This document shows positions 52,143 through 64,000 of a stretch of DNA of 64,000 nt, piece after piece (positions within the stretch are counted from its first letter, which is position 1; every line of letters starts with the position of its first letter). Both the position numbers and the translations under genes were made by a program. Below the pieces are notes generated by a model that saw only the letters and a program-made list of their open reading frames with translations, had not been told where the DNA came from and searched no databases. Source of the DNA: Vicugna vicugna (lineage: Eukaryota); assembly GCA_013265495.1 (NCBI GenBank), contig MU057398.1, positions 62,001 to 126,000 of the forward strand, written 5' to 3'.

Positions 52143-53395
52143 GTGACAGGATAAAGAACAAGACGTCGATGTCAAAGCAGAAAGATTGTCCAAAAGAACT
52201 CACAGGGGCCTGTCTCCAGGGTGGCAACAAGGGCCAAGTAGCTGGGCCGTCAGAGGAAACACTTGATCACAGACGGAAACACGCTTGTGGTTCAGAGACA
52301 GGTTCTGGCAGGGGTGACCATCCCCAGGAGAAAGGCCAAGGCAGCTCCTGGGGTGATGGAAGAGAGACACCAAGAAGCAGCTGTGGTGGCAGGCAGGATT
52401 CCGTTCTAAGGCAGCAGGGCTCCAAAGGCGCTGACAAGCGGTTCCTGTGTCAGCAGTGTGGGAAATCCTTCAGCCGGAGCTCCAACCTCATCAAGCACCG
52501 GATCATCCACAGCGGTGAGAAGCCCTACGAGTGTGGCGAGTGTGGGAAACTCTTCCGGCGCAGCTTCGCGCTCCTCGAGCATCAGCGCATCCACAGCGGT
52601 GAGAAGCCCTATGCGTGCGGCGAGTGCGGGAAGACCTTCACGCGCAGCTCCAACCTCATCAAGCACCAAATCATCCACAGCGGCGAGAAGCCCTACGAGT
52701 GTGGCGAGTGCGGGAAACTCTTCCGGCGCAGCTTCGCGCTCCTGGAGCACCAGCGCATCCACAGCGGTGAGCGGCCCTACGCGTGCGGCGAGTGCGGGAA
52801 GGCCTTCAGCAGGAGCTCCAACCTTATCGAGCACCAGCGCACCCACAGCGGCGAGAAGCCCTACACATGCAGCCAGTGTCCGAAAGCCTTCAAGGGCATC
52901 TCCCAGCTCATTCACCACCAGCGCATCCACAGCGGGGAGAAGCCGTTTGAGTGCAAGGAGTGCGGGAAGACCTTCCGGGGGCGCTCGGGCCTCAGCCAGC
53001 ACCGGCGGGTGCACAGCGGGGAGAAGCCCTACGAGTGCAGCGAGTGCGGGAAGACCTTCAGCAGGCGATCCAACCTCTTCAAGCACCAGGCTGTGCACAG
53101 TGAGGAGAGGCCCTACGAATGTCTAGAGTGCGGGAAGATGTTCCGCAACAGCTCGGTCCTCCAGGAGCATCGGAGCACCCACAGTGGCCAGGGGCCGCGC
53201 GCGGGCGGCGACTGCAGCAAGGCCTTCAAGGGGAAGTTGCTGAAAACTCGCAGTGGAAGAAAGCTCTCGGAGGGGAGTGGCTTGGAAAAGGTGCCAGCCT
53301 CCTTGGGCCTCGGAAGACCTGCTGCAGAGCCCCGCCCCGAGGACGAGAAACACCGGTCACACTCCGAGGGCATGGCAGTCCCCAGTGCAGACTGA
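52143..53395 (+). CDS. ZFP92: ZFP92 zinc-finger exon, 9 C2H2 fingers; spliced CDS 1518 nt, 505 aa
   Basis: ctgtctttacag| acceptor. Fingers with RSSNLIKH / RSFALLEH / GISQLIHH / GRSGLSQH helices are recognisable as ZFP92. Exon lengths 33+127+105+1253 keep the frame to TGA. Confidence 0.92.
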
Positions 53396-55713
53396 TGGGC
53401 TGCTCCGCAGGAGGGCCAGGTTCAAAACGAGGGGCCTCCCGCCCCCTTCCATTGGCTAGTTGGTGATGCAATTGAGGCACAGGGACTGGTCCTGGTGTGC
53501 GCGCTTGTGCGTGTATTCCACATGGGAGCTGCTGAAAGTGCTCTTGCCCCATGCAAGTGGGGACCGCCTGCTGGGGGTGGGAGGGAGCCCAGCCTGGGAG
53601 CGTGCCTTGACTTGGGGAAGTGTGGTCCATCTCCTCTCGTGGGGTTGTTCGCTTCACCCCAAGATTTGTGAGTGTTTCCAGGTAGAAGACACTGAAAGCA
53701 CTTTAATTCTTTAAGAGCCTATAAATGGAAGAGACCAGAGGGACTTCAGAATTGAGGGCTGTACAATTCGACTGTGACTTGACTGTGACATCATCACCTA
53801 AAATTCATCAAGAAATGATCTGGAGAAGGACTCGGGCAGCTGTGCTCACTAGTGGACTGCTTGCTTACACTGGTCAGCCTGCAGGGAGTGGTGTCTCCCT
53901 GGAAGGAGGGCACGTGACCCCCTACTGTTGCGTGGAGCAGTGGTCCATTCGTTTTCCAGGCCATTCATCCTTGTGCCTGAAAGTCTCCACCTTCCTTGGG
54001 TGTCCCCAGCTGCTGCTTGGAGGAGCAGCACCTGGGCCCCATCTTCTCAGAGCTCTAGGAAGTTCTAGGGGATGGTTAGCCTGGGCCCTGATGAGAGAAT
54101 GAGGCCTGGGGACTCTTGCCTTCTCCTCCCCAAGAGGAACCCATTGGCTCTGGACCCGCACAGGAGTGGGCTCCAGGCCAGACGTGGAAGCCTGGCAACA
54201 CCTGCCTCCAGCTGCCCTGCTGCCTTTGGTCCCCTCCATGCCCACCGGGCTGGGGGCTCTCTGCTGCCTTCAGACCCTGTCTGCAGAGGCCACGCCCCTC
54301 TCTGCCTGTCCCCACCACCCTCAGTGCCTCCAGCTTCAAACTTAGCTGCTCCCCCTCTGGCAGCCACCCCTTGTGGCTGGTGCCTTCAGGAGGGAAGCAG
54401 GACCCATTCGAAATTTGCACAGAGCGGAGGCACAGTGGTTTTCGTGCCTCAGCTCTGTCTGTCATGTGACATTTCTGAACCCATCGGAGGTTCTGTCGCT
54501 TCGAATGTTTTTGCGTGCAGGGATAATACAAGTCGAAGATAGAGATGTTTGCCATATGAGAGTGTCAGGGAACCACTCCTGAAATGAGAGTCCCCCAACC
54601 CTCCGAGAAGGCCTCAGGAAGGAGAAGGGAGGCCTTTCCAGGTCCAACACCCTGCAGCGGGCTGCAGGCAGCCCCTCTTCTCACGCCTCCCCTCACCCCC
54701 GAGCCCCAGGTAGACAGCGTGGGCCCTTACAAACTTCACTGTAAGCAAAGGGAGACTCGCCAGCAGAGAGCTGATGCTGGGGGTGGGGCGTGCAGGCTGG
54801 CAATGTCTGGCAAGCTCCGTCCTGCTCCACCCACGCTGTCCGCAGAGCTGGGACCAAGGGTTTTGCCCCTTGCTGTTCTCAGTCCAGCGTCCTGATTGGC
54901 TCTCCAGCTCCTCCGAGCCCTCCTCACTGCCTGGGACTCTGGCTCTGTCGTCCGGACAGCCCCCGGGCAGCCAGGTGGCAGGTGTGCTGCAGGCCTCCTG
55001 CTGGGCACAGACAGGGTGGGTCAGAGACCATCTAGAGAGGGTGGAAGACTCCGAAATACAGGGTTCCTCCTGCGCCTGCTGCTTGGAGCTCCAGCTGCTT
55101 GGATAACTCCAAAAGAGAGATAGAGATTAGATATAGTTATAGAAGTTATATATAGAGGTGGGGGGAGAGAAATGATTTTATGCACCTGTGACTCATGGGA
55201 AATTCTAGAGTTGTTGCAACTCGCTCTTATTTTATAGCTTCCTTCTGCTCTGTGTGACCCGTGCGTCTTTGAGCCCAGTCCTCTGCGCTTAATGAATACT
55301 TGGGAAGTCACTACTGCCCCCGAGCACATTGCACTCAGGTCTAGGCCATAGTCAGCTCCAGCCTTACCTGAATATCTGCAACTTTGCGTTTTCCAGTAGA
55401 AGGGGAAGAGTTAGGAACAGTGCCTTTGGAATCCATGGCGAGGTCCCTGGGAAGCGCATGCTTACTGAAGCACAGACACTCTTTGCTAAGGCAGCAGGAG
55501 ACAGCCCCATGCAGGGCAGGGGACAGTGGCCAGAGCCATGCACTTGGGCTGCTGTCTCATTTTTGCTCAGCCGTGGCCTGCCGGGGGTTTGGGCAGCAGT
55601 TGGTGCACAATGGGACCTGGGAAGAGCGCAGATCTGTGGACTCCGATGTCTGTTTCCATTGCTCTAGTAAGTGAAACACTTCACTCCTGCAGGCTAGTCA
55701 GTAACCAACTTTT

Positions 55714-55719
55714 AATAAA
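55714..55719 (+). terminator. Candidate ZFP92 poly(A) signal
   Basis: AATAAA about 2.3 kb after the stop codon. Confidence 0.35.
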
Positions 55720-57699
55720 GAGTGGTATCTCCCCAGTATAACGTCATCCCATTGGTTCTACTGGATAAGCTAACTTGATTCTTTACCGCGAGCTCCTTTT
55801 TTTCACCTTAGGACCCACACCCAAAGATGACCAGATGGGGGAGGGGAGGGGTAATGTCCAGATGTTTTCAGAAGAAAGTGCATGTGCCGGAGAGATGTCT
55901 GGCACTTGTGCTCTGGTTTTGGGGTGTCCTGAAAAGATCCGGAATCCCCCAGTGCTCACCTAGATAAGTGACTTTTCTAATAGTAATGTATCTTTTGTTT
56001 GTCGATTCTTGGTCTAATTTCACTCTTCTTTGTTAGATTTTCACTCTAAAGCAATTTTGAGTGTCATTTTCTTCTAGATCATGTGTGCAACAGGAACTGA
56101 ATGGGTATGGCGTGAAATACAAGTCAAGAGAGTGTCCGGAAGAATGCTTGTGTGGTTCCTTCCCCAGTGCCTTGAAATCGGGCTCCACCACTGGCTTTTC
56201 TGATGGACTGCTGGAGTGTAAAAGCTGAAACTACTGGGGGACATCCTGCCTGCTTTCCAGGCTCCATTCTGCCCAGCAACTTCCCTGGATGTCAGCCCCT
56301 TCACACCGCTGGACTGGCCTCCTGCCCCAGAGACAATCCTGCAAGAGACTGGATCAGCCCATATGTAGCACCTTATTTGCCGTTTGAAACTTTGGCCATT
56401 TTTCTAAAGCTGTTTACATGCCATGACAGTATCTCCATGTAACGAGTAAACGTCCTGACCCAATTCATCTACTTTGCATGCAAACAAATAAGGAAGGTCT
56501 GAGTGTTGACCTTGGAATGAGCCTTCTGGTGGAGACGGCCTCTCCTGATGGTTTGAAGTAACCAGCCAGCAGTTGGGTGGAAAGTGTCAGGGAAGGCTGC
56601 ACACCCAGATGGTGAGGGCACGCCAAGAGGGTTATGTCTGGGTGCACTGTGGCCCCTGCGAAGGTGAGGTGGGAACTTGGGAGTCGAGCTGCACAGGGAT
56701 CGAGCCACCCAAGGCTGCTGGGACACCATGACTCCGAGACCTGGCAGGGCAGAACGCCACATCAGCCCTCTGAAAACCACAGTCTGGATGGCGTCTTAGA
56801 ACCTTTGCTTAGATGCCTGCAAGACTTGTTTTGTTTTGTGAAGCTGCCACGTGCCTTAAACAAAGAAATACGTAAGGGCTGTGCTTTCCAGGGAAGGAAA
56901 AAGCAGGCCTGTGAAGGGGGCTCTTGGAGGATTCTGTTACCATCGTCCCTGAACATCCTTAGCTTCTAAGGATGCCCCAGACAGAGGCAACTCTTCGTGA
57001 ACCATTCAGGAAGGGCCAGGACCCCACATCTTCACTCCCTTCCTCAGCAGGGAAGTGGGTGGACTACATGGCCGGCTTTCAGTTAGAGATGCTAAGTCTA
57101 CATCTTGTTAGGTAGCAAAGTGTGACAAGCAGCGCCTCAAGGCCAGGGAAGGAGTAAGGACTGGGTGAACTCTCAAGACAGGAAGTAGAGGTCAAGGGGC
57201 TTCTGGTGGGGTGGAAGGAAGAACAGGGGGCATGTGGTGCATTGAGGAATCTGAGAACGACAGAGGACTGTCTGTAGGGAAGTCGTGGGGTAAAAAGCCA
57301 TTAGAACCAGGGTGCAGAAAGCCAGGGATGCCAGACAAAGACGTTTGGTCTCTAGCTGGTTCCTGAAGAGGAGCATTTTTTAAAACATAGAAATATTGTA
57401 AGATCAAGGAAGAGAAGTCGATGCAAATGATAACTGTTGGAGTGTGTGAATTTACACATAGATGGCCACCAAGTTTTCACACCATAGCCATCTAGAGCGT
57501 TCTGATGCTTGTGGGTGTTGACCTGTGGGAATGGGTGACAGCAGTCCGCCACCCAGGATACTTTCACATGAGCAGCCTTAACTGACATTCTTGGGAACCC
57601 CCACTCACCCTGGTACTTATCTAAACCATCTGGTTTCCTCTTATGCTACCACCAGTGTGTCTGTGACTTCAGTCCTTTTGAAGACTGCTGATTCTTCAT

Positions 57700-59380
57700 C
57701 TTCCTTGACAGCCTTATAGAGGTATAATTTTCACACAAGAAACTGCACATACTTAAAGTGTACAACTGGATGAGTTTTGACGGGCATCCACCTCTAAAAC
57801 CATCACAGCAATGGACATGGTGAACATACATCCATCGCCCCCGGAAGTTACCTTGTCCTGCCAGCGGTCCCTCCTCCCTGCCCCCTCCTCCCCCACACCC
57901 CAACAGCCACTGCTGACTGTAAGTGAGTCTGTGTTCCCTAGAACTCTGTGTAAATGGAGTCCTGCAGTGCGCACTCTTTCCCCGGCCGCACACTCAGTGG
58001 CATGCTTTTGATGTTCACCCAGGTTGTCGTGTGCATCTCGAGCCTTCATTTTCTCTTGCTGAGGACTATTCCATCGTCTGGATGGACCACAATACCTGTT
58101 TAAGACCTGTTTGTGGACATTTGGGTTGTTTCCAGTTGGGGGCCGTGACAAATAAAGCTGCTATGAACATTCGTGTGCAGGTTTTTGTGTGGATAGATGT
58201 TTTCCTTTTTCCTGGGTCTCTGGCTAAGAGTGGGATGGCCAGTTCATGTACTCTATCTTGAACTATTTGAGGACCTGAAAACCTGTTTCCTGAAGCATTT
58301 GCACCATTTTACATTCCCCCCAGCAGGGTAACAGGGGGGGTCCAATTTTCCACATCCTCCCCAACACATGTTCTTGTCCATAGTTTTGACTCCAGCCATC
58401 CTCGTGGGCGTGAAGCAGGATCTCATTGTGGCTGTGATTTGCACTTCCCTGAGGATGAATGATGTTGAGCACCTTTTCATGTCCTTGTCAGCCATTCATA
58501 CATCTTCCACTTTTTAACTGGGTTGTCTTATTGTTTAGTTGTGAGAGTTCTAGATACAAGTCCTTTGTCAGATACATGTTTTGAGAATATTTACTTCCAG
58601 AGTCTGGCTTGCCTGTCCATTTTTACATCTGTTTTTTGATAAGCACAAGTGGTTTTATCTCGATGAAGTCCAATTGATGGATTTTTAAATTTTATACTTT
58701 GAACTCTTCATCTCAGAGTTAAGAAATCTTTGCAAAACTCGAGTCACTAAGATTTCCTTTTCTGTCTTCTCATAAAAGTTGCATAGTCTTAGCTTCTACA
58801 TTTACCTGACATGAGCCGCTGGAGTTAATTTTTGTGTCTGATGTGAGGCGAATTCCAAGTTCATTTTTTTCCTATAGTCATATTCAGCTTTCCCAGAATC
58901 GTCTGTTGACAAGACAATCTTTCCCTCGGCACCTTTGCTGCCCGTCAGTCGGCCACGCAGGTGAGTCTGCTTCTAGGGTCCTGCTGCTTCTCCCCCAGTC
59001 GGCTTGTCCGTCTTTCTGCCAATGTCACACTTGATCTCTGTGACTTTGTAATAAGTCTTGAAATCGGGGAGCCTGAGTTCTCTGGTGTGGTTCTTTTTCA
59101 AAATCATTTTGTCTATCCTAAGTGTGTCACGTTTCCATATGAGTTTTAGAATTCTTTGTCAGTTTCTATGGAGGGAAAAAAAAAAGCCTGCTGGGACTTT
59201 TGATTGGGACCACATTGAATCTATCAATCATTTGGGGGGAGTAGTGACATCTGAACAATATCGAGCCTTTCAGTCCATGAACATAGCTCTTCATTTGGGG
59301 GACCTTCTCTAATTCCTCTCAGTGATGGGTTGTGGATTCAGTGTCCAGACCTGGCACATGTTTTGTCAGATTTATCACTA
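57700..59380 (-). mobile_element. L1 (L1MB/MC-like) 3' end and ORF2 remnant
   Basis: gaggtataattttcacacaagaaactgcacatacttaaagtgtacaac...ataaagctgctatgaacattcgtgtgcaggtttttgtgtgga...tgatgttgagcaccttttcatgt. Confidence 0.8.
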
Positions 59381-60639
59381 CAGGCAATTATTGATCTCAA
59401 GGTTATTGTTTGTTGAAACATCCTTGGTAACCTGGCATTCTTGGGTAGTCACTCCTTCCTTCCACAGACACACATTGGACATACGGCCATGTGTTGGGAT
59501 GTGAGGATGAGGGAGATGCATCCATGATCAGGAGTGAGCATATGATTGTTCCTTTGACGTCTTTGTTTACCCGGCCCACATTTGGTAATGGCCTAAACCA
59601 CAACACAATGCAGAGCACCCATGTTCATGGCTATAAGAACTTAACCACTATTCCAAAAACTTTTTCTGGCAAAATCTTCTAACAGAAAAACAGAATCAAA
59701 CCAAAATGAGTCAGATTTCAATTAATTTTTGGTCTTTTTCCAGTGAACATATTCCTCACTTAATACATAATACACTTTCCTTCCCTAGTCTGGCTAATTA
59801 AGTGGGGACAAGGTGAGAGAAGGGAGAGGAAGCTAGATGGGCAGAGAAGGGATGGGGAGAGAAGGACAAAGCTGGGAAGACGAAAGGACAGTTGAGAGGC
59901 AGAGTAGCCCTGCAGTGATTGAATACTTGAGGAGAAAACGGCTTGGTTATCACCTCAGACTACAGGAGTGGGACGGAGGAACAAATAAACATAGTGTACC
60001 AGGAAAGTGGCCACAAGTAATAGGAAACCTGACTTAGGTGGATAAATAATTAGAGGTTTAATTTTCTCACCTGAGGATTCTTACGGCATCCCTCTAATTA
60101 GCTTAGCATTTCCTCATGATCATGATGATGGCTGCTGAAGTTCCAGCCATCACATATGCATTCGGGAATAGAAGGAGGGAGGGCCAAGGACAACAGCGTC
60201 TCTCCCCTTTTATGAAGAAAGCAACAATTTGCCCAGAAACTTGCCCAGGAGACTTCTATATAGGTCTCAACCAGGAGTGGATCGCATGGGCACTCATAGC
60301 TGGAAGAGAGGCTGAGAAAGTAGGGCACAGGATTGTCATGACTTGTCAACTGAGGCTGAGCCCACTAAAGCCCTGGAAAAAATTGGAGTCTTATCCCCAG
60401 GGGAAAATGTTGGAATGGATACTGTGTGGTGTTATCAATTGAATTGTGTCCCCCACCAAAAGACGTGTTGAAGTCCTAACTCACATTACCTCAGAAGGTG
60501 AGCTTGTTTGAAAGATGTAACTAGTTAAGAGGACTCCACTGGACTGGCAGGGGGTGGAGGCCTTCATCCAGTATAACTGGCCCCTCCCCAGGTGCCCAGG
60601 CTCTGCACCTTCATGTGTACACTCTCACCACTGAGATGG

Positions 60640-60775
60640 GTACCATCCTGACCCCTGTTTATAGAAAGGAAACTGAGGCTGAGAGACAGGAAGGAACTGT
60701 CCAAGGTCTCACTGCTGGACAGTGACAGATTCTTGCCCAGATCCTGAGACCCCAGCATCATAGCTCTTTCTGCTC
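60640..60775 (-). mobile_element. MIR fragment
   Basis: ccctgtttatagaaaggaaactgaggctgagag...tgtccaaggtctcac. Confidence 0.65.
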
Positions 60776-61209
60776 CAGCAACTGTGTCCCCCAAACTAGA
60801 GGGAATTCAGCTGGCTTTCCCACTGGTGCATGGTCCCTTACACTTGCCATAGCTGAAGATAAAATCACATCAAAGTAGACTTAATTTTCTGAAAGGTATT
60901 TTACAAAAGAAAAACACTGTTGAGTCCTGTTTAATGAAATTAAAAAAAAAGTTTGACTTAAAAAAAATAACCACCAAACCTTCGAGTCAGTCCAGGTTCT
61001 CAGCTGGTCAGACTCTCCTGCAAGCTGGGGACTGGGGCCCAGGAGCAGTGCCAGCAGCACTTTCCTCCGTCAGATGCCGAGTGCCTCAGTTCCTTCCTTA
61101 TAATAAAGGTGAGAAAAGCCTTCTTCAGTCCAGTGAACAGACTCACCCTGGGAGAGCTCTCTGGGCCAGGCCCTGGGCTGGGTTCTGGGGCTCAGCAGTG
61201 AGTGAGGAG

Positions 61210-61370
61210 CCTCCTCCTCTGTATGTATCTCTCCTTGTCTGTCCCTTATAAGGACACCTGTCACTGGATTTAGGGCCCATGCAGGTCATCCAGGATGACC
61301 TCATCTCCAGATTTTCAATGTTATTATATCTGCAGAGACCGTTTCTCCAAACAAAGTCACATTCCCTGGG
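61210..61370 (-). mobile_element. MLT1B/C-like LTR fragment
   Basis: cttataaggacacctgtcactggatttagggccc...atccaggatgacctcatctc...ctgcagagacc...ccaaacaaagtcacattc. Confidence 0.7.
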
Positions 61371-63269
61371 CCCAGGGAGGTAACGTGCTGATCACAGAGC
61401 TGAGGAACAGGGTGGGTTGGGGCAGCACCCAGGCTCTCCCACAGCCAAGTCTGTGCGCGTCACCAAGACCCGAGGCTCTTTTCCTCCCAACAGTTGGGTC
61501 CCTCTCCCTTCCTCACCCGCCCCTCTGCCACGGGGCCAGGGCCAGAGGAGCACACGGAGGGGAGAGGGCAGCGATTCCTTGCTCTTTCTCCTTTTTGTCC
61601 ACGAGCAGGATGTCCAGGGGATGTTCAGGTTCTCCACCTGAGGCGCCCTGCTGGGCAGGTGAAATACCCTACTTCTTCGAGCCGCCAGGGTCAGAGTGAG
61701 TGAGTGAGCAGAGGTTTCTAGCCTTCTACTGGCCAGCCTGATCCCAGATTGCTGGACCTCCAGCTTTCCTGCCTCCTCCCACATCCTTCTGCCTGTTCCG
61801 CTGGCCCTCCTTCCCAGCCACCGTCATCAGCCCCCCATCCCATAGCACAGCCGAGGTGGATGGGGTCCACTTACCACTTCGGGTGACAATGCCACGTTAG
61901 ACCTTCCTAAAAAGGTCCCATCCCAGGAAGCCTTACCTGCAGGCTCGCCAAGAACACTTCCCTTCCCAAGAATCCTATTTTTGCTGGGCTTGGTGGTAGT
62001 GCAAAGAGGCGGATAGGTGACAGGGAAGCCGTCTGAAGCAGGGACAATCCACCTGGGGCCTGTGACAGGCCACGTGTTGGGTGTACACAGGACACTGAGC
62101 CCTTTGCCCAGCAGAGAGTTGCCTGAGTGATGGAGAGTCCAGGCAACTCACAGGACATCCGAGTCCTAAAGGGCAGCCTGTGAGAATCCACGGGGACACT
62201 GTGCAGCCTTCAGTGGGAGCTCACCCTTCACTGGCCCAAGAACCTGAGCACCGGCTCAGCGATGCAGGAGCATTTCCGGCAGTGGAGAGACAGTGGGAAA
62301 GCTGCAGCCCAGCTGTTGGAAGGAAACCTTTCTCCCATCCCTTTCTTTAGAGCACTTGGGTGAGAAACTGCCCCTTTGTGAATCCCTGCTCTGGCCCTTT
62401 GAGATGTATGTAAATCTTTGTCAACCTAAATAAGCCTCCTGCCAGACTTACAGCCCAGGAAGGTTCTTTTTAAGGGCCCCAGAGTCAACTTTTTGAAACG
62501 CAAACCTCCAGGAAGGGACCCTAGCTCCCGCTGCAGGCAGAGAGAAAGCTTTCATTGTCTTGAGGATAAAGGCAATTCACAAACACAGATGGCCATCCTG
62601 ATTAGCCGGTGAATTTGCCATGAGCTCAAGTGGGCGATCTTGGGCAGTCCTGCCTTCCCAGCAGGCCAAGGTTTCCTTCTGGCTTCGCAATCTCATGACA
62701 GACGGCCTGAGATGGGCATGAAGGGCAGATGGGTTCACAGCTTATTCAATAGTGAAGCTGTTTGCTTTCTGGCCCACTTTGCGGAGAGAACTCCGGGGTG
62801 GCAGCGTCCAGGGGGAGAGGGAGGTCATGGATCTGTCCTACTTAAGAGACCCCAGCTGCTGGGTTAATTCTGTGCAGGTTTTTGTGTACCAATTATACCT
62901 CGATAAAGTTCAGGAAAATAAAAGTAAATTTGAAAATAAATTTTAAATAAAAGAGAGGTCCTTGGGATGCTAACCAGGAGACAATAAAGAAGGAGTAGGG
63001 TCAGGATAGAAACAAGATAACACGTGATTGAACACCCTCTGAGAGAACAAAGGCTCCCCCATCTACACAGTAGGTTGGCTCACCAAGCTTCAAGACCCAG
63101 GCATGCCCTAATGAACATTCTGGAGATCCCAGGAAGACAAGAACATCTTGGAAGATTCTGAACAAAAGGAACCAGCCATAGCTGAAATGGATCATCAACT
63201 AAAAACAAAGCACAGCGTAAAAGTTGAGAATTGTTTTCTTCGGGGACATTACTATACTTCGGGACACAG

Positions 63270-63440
63270 ACTCTCACATCAAAAGCTTACTGCTAATCAT
63301 GAAAACCAGACCTCTCAAGTTAATGAATTAAGTGCTTCTCTATGTATGGGAAGACACAAGAGCCTGGGCTCATTGAAATCATTCCTTTGATACAAATCTT
63401 AACTCTCTAGGGCCAGTATCCTGTTCTTCTCCATCCTGAA
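63270..63440. mobile_element. ERV1 LTR fragment (MER41-like, artiodactyl type)
   Basis: tctatgtatgggaagacacaagagcctgggctcattgaaatcattcctttgat...ggccagtatcctgttcttctccatcctgaa. Confidence 0.5.
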
Positions 63441-63444
63441 AGTT

Positions 63445-64000
63445 TGGGAATTTTGAGAGTGGGTTGTTAAACACCAGCATTATTAAAAATTAAATTATAT
63501 AAAGTTCCACTTAAATTATGTCTTCTTTCACCACATTTCACGGTTATTTATGTCTTGTATCAGTTTGCTGGGAATCAATGTGACAGTGTGCTGCTCAGAA
63601 TCTCTTCAGTGATGCCACATGAACTTGGCCTGGTGGAAGTATTTGCCCCACAGGAATCAGCACAGCCTAAAAACCAGGGCTTGACCTGTTATTGTTCACT
63701 TGATTGTATAGATTTGAGTCTAGTAATTACAATGTGAATAGCAAAAAACAAAAAAGGAAAAACTTTCCCAACATCAAAAACTATTATCTGATTTGGCAGA
63801 GAATTTGCTCATGCCACCAATGAGCGTGTGAGGCGCCCTTGTCGTTTCACGTCCGTCTTCCTAGGTGAGGTAAGTGAAAACGCCAACCAGTGCTTATGTA
63901 GCGACCACACTCAGTCACAGGGTGCAATTTTGGGTCAGGTACAGATATGAGAGTTTGGCAAAAGTCAACTGAAAGGATTTTGTGAGAATCAACTGGCTGT
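63445..64000. mobile_element. Possible hAT DNA transposon remnant (MER63-like)
   Basis: ttttgagagtgggttgttaaacacc...attattaaaaattaaattatataaa resembles MER63 as recalled. Confidence 0.35.

Overview
Mammalian genomic DNA, almost certainly camelid, judged from its tRNA-Ala-derived vic-1-type SINEs and camelid-type L1 3' ends. The gene order ZNF275(+), PNMA6E-like(-), ZFP92(+) matches the human Xq28 block as I recall it. ZNF275 has an intact 11-finger C2H2 exon, but its upstream initiator, KRAB-A and KRAB-B exons are decayed (in-frame stops, an 18-nt deletion, a lost donor), so it should encode a KRAB-less protein. The PNMA6E-like gene is a domesticated Ty3/Gypsy Gag-capsid gene with one coding exon and a proline-poor Gly-X-Y coding minisatellite. 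ZFP92 is an intact four-coding-exon KRAB-ZFP (505 aa, 9 fingers plus remnants) downstream of a CpG island. An orphan, stop-containing fragment of a RENBP (GlcNAc 2-epimerase) exon, still followed by its GT donor, lies at about 11.0-11.2 kb and is absent from the ORF track. The rest is mostly L1, L2, MIR, MaLR/ERV LTRs and SINEs, including two clear twin-primed L1 insertions. I found no CRISPR arrays, rRNA or bona fide tRNA genes, and no wholly new multi-gene system that I can support. Gene and repeat-family names come from recall, not database searches.
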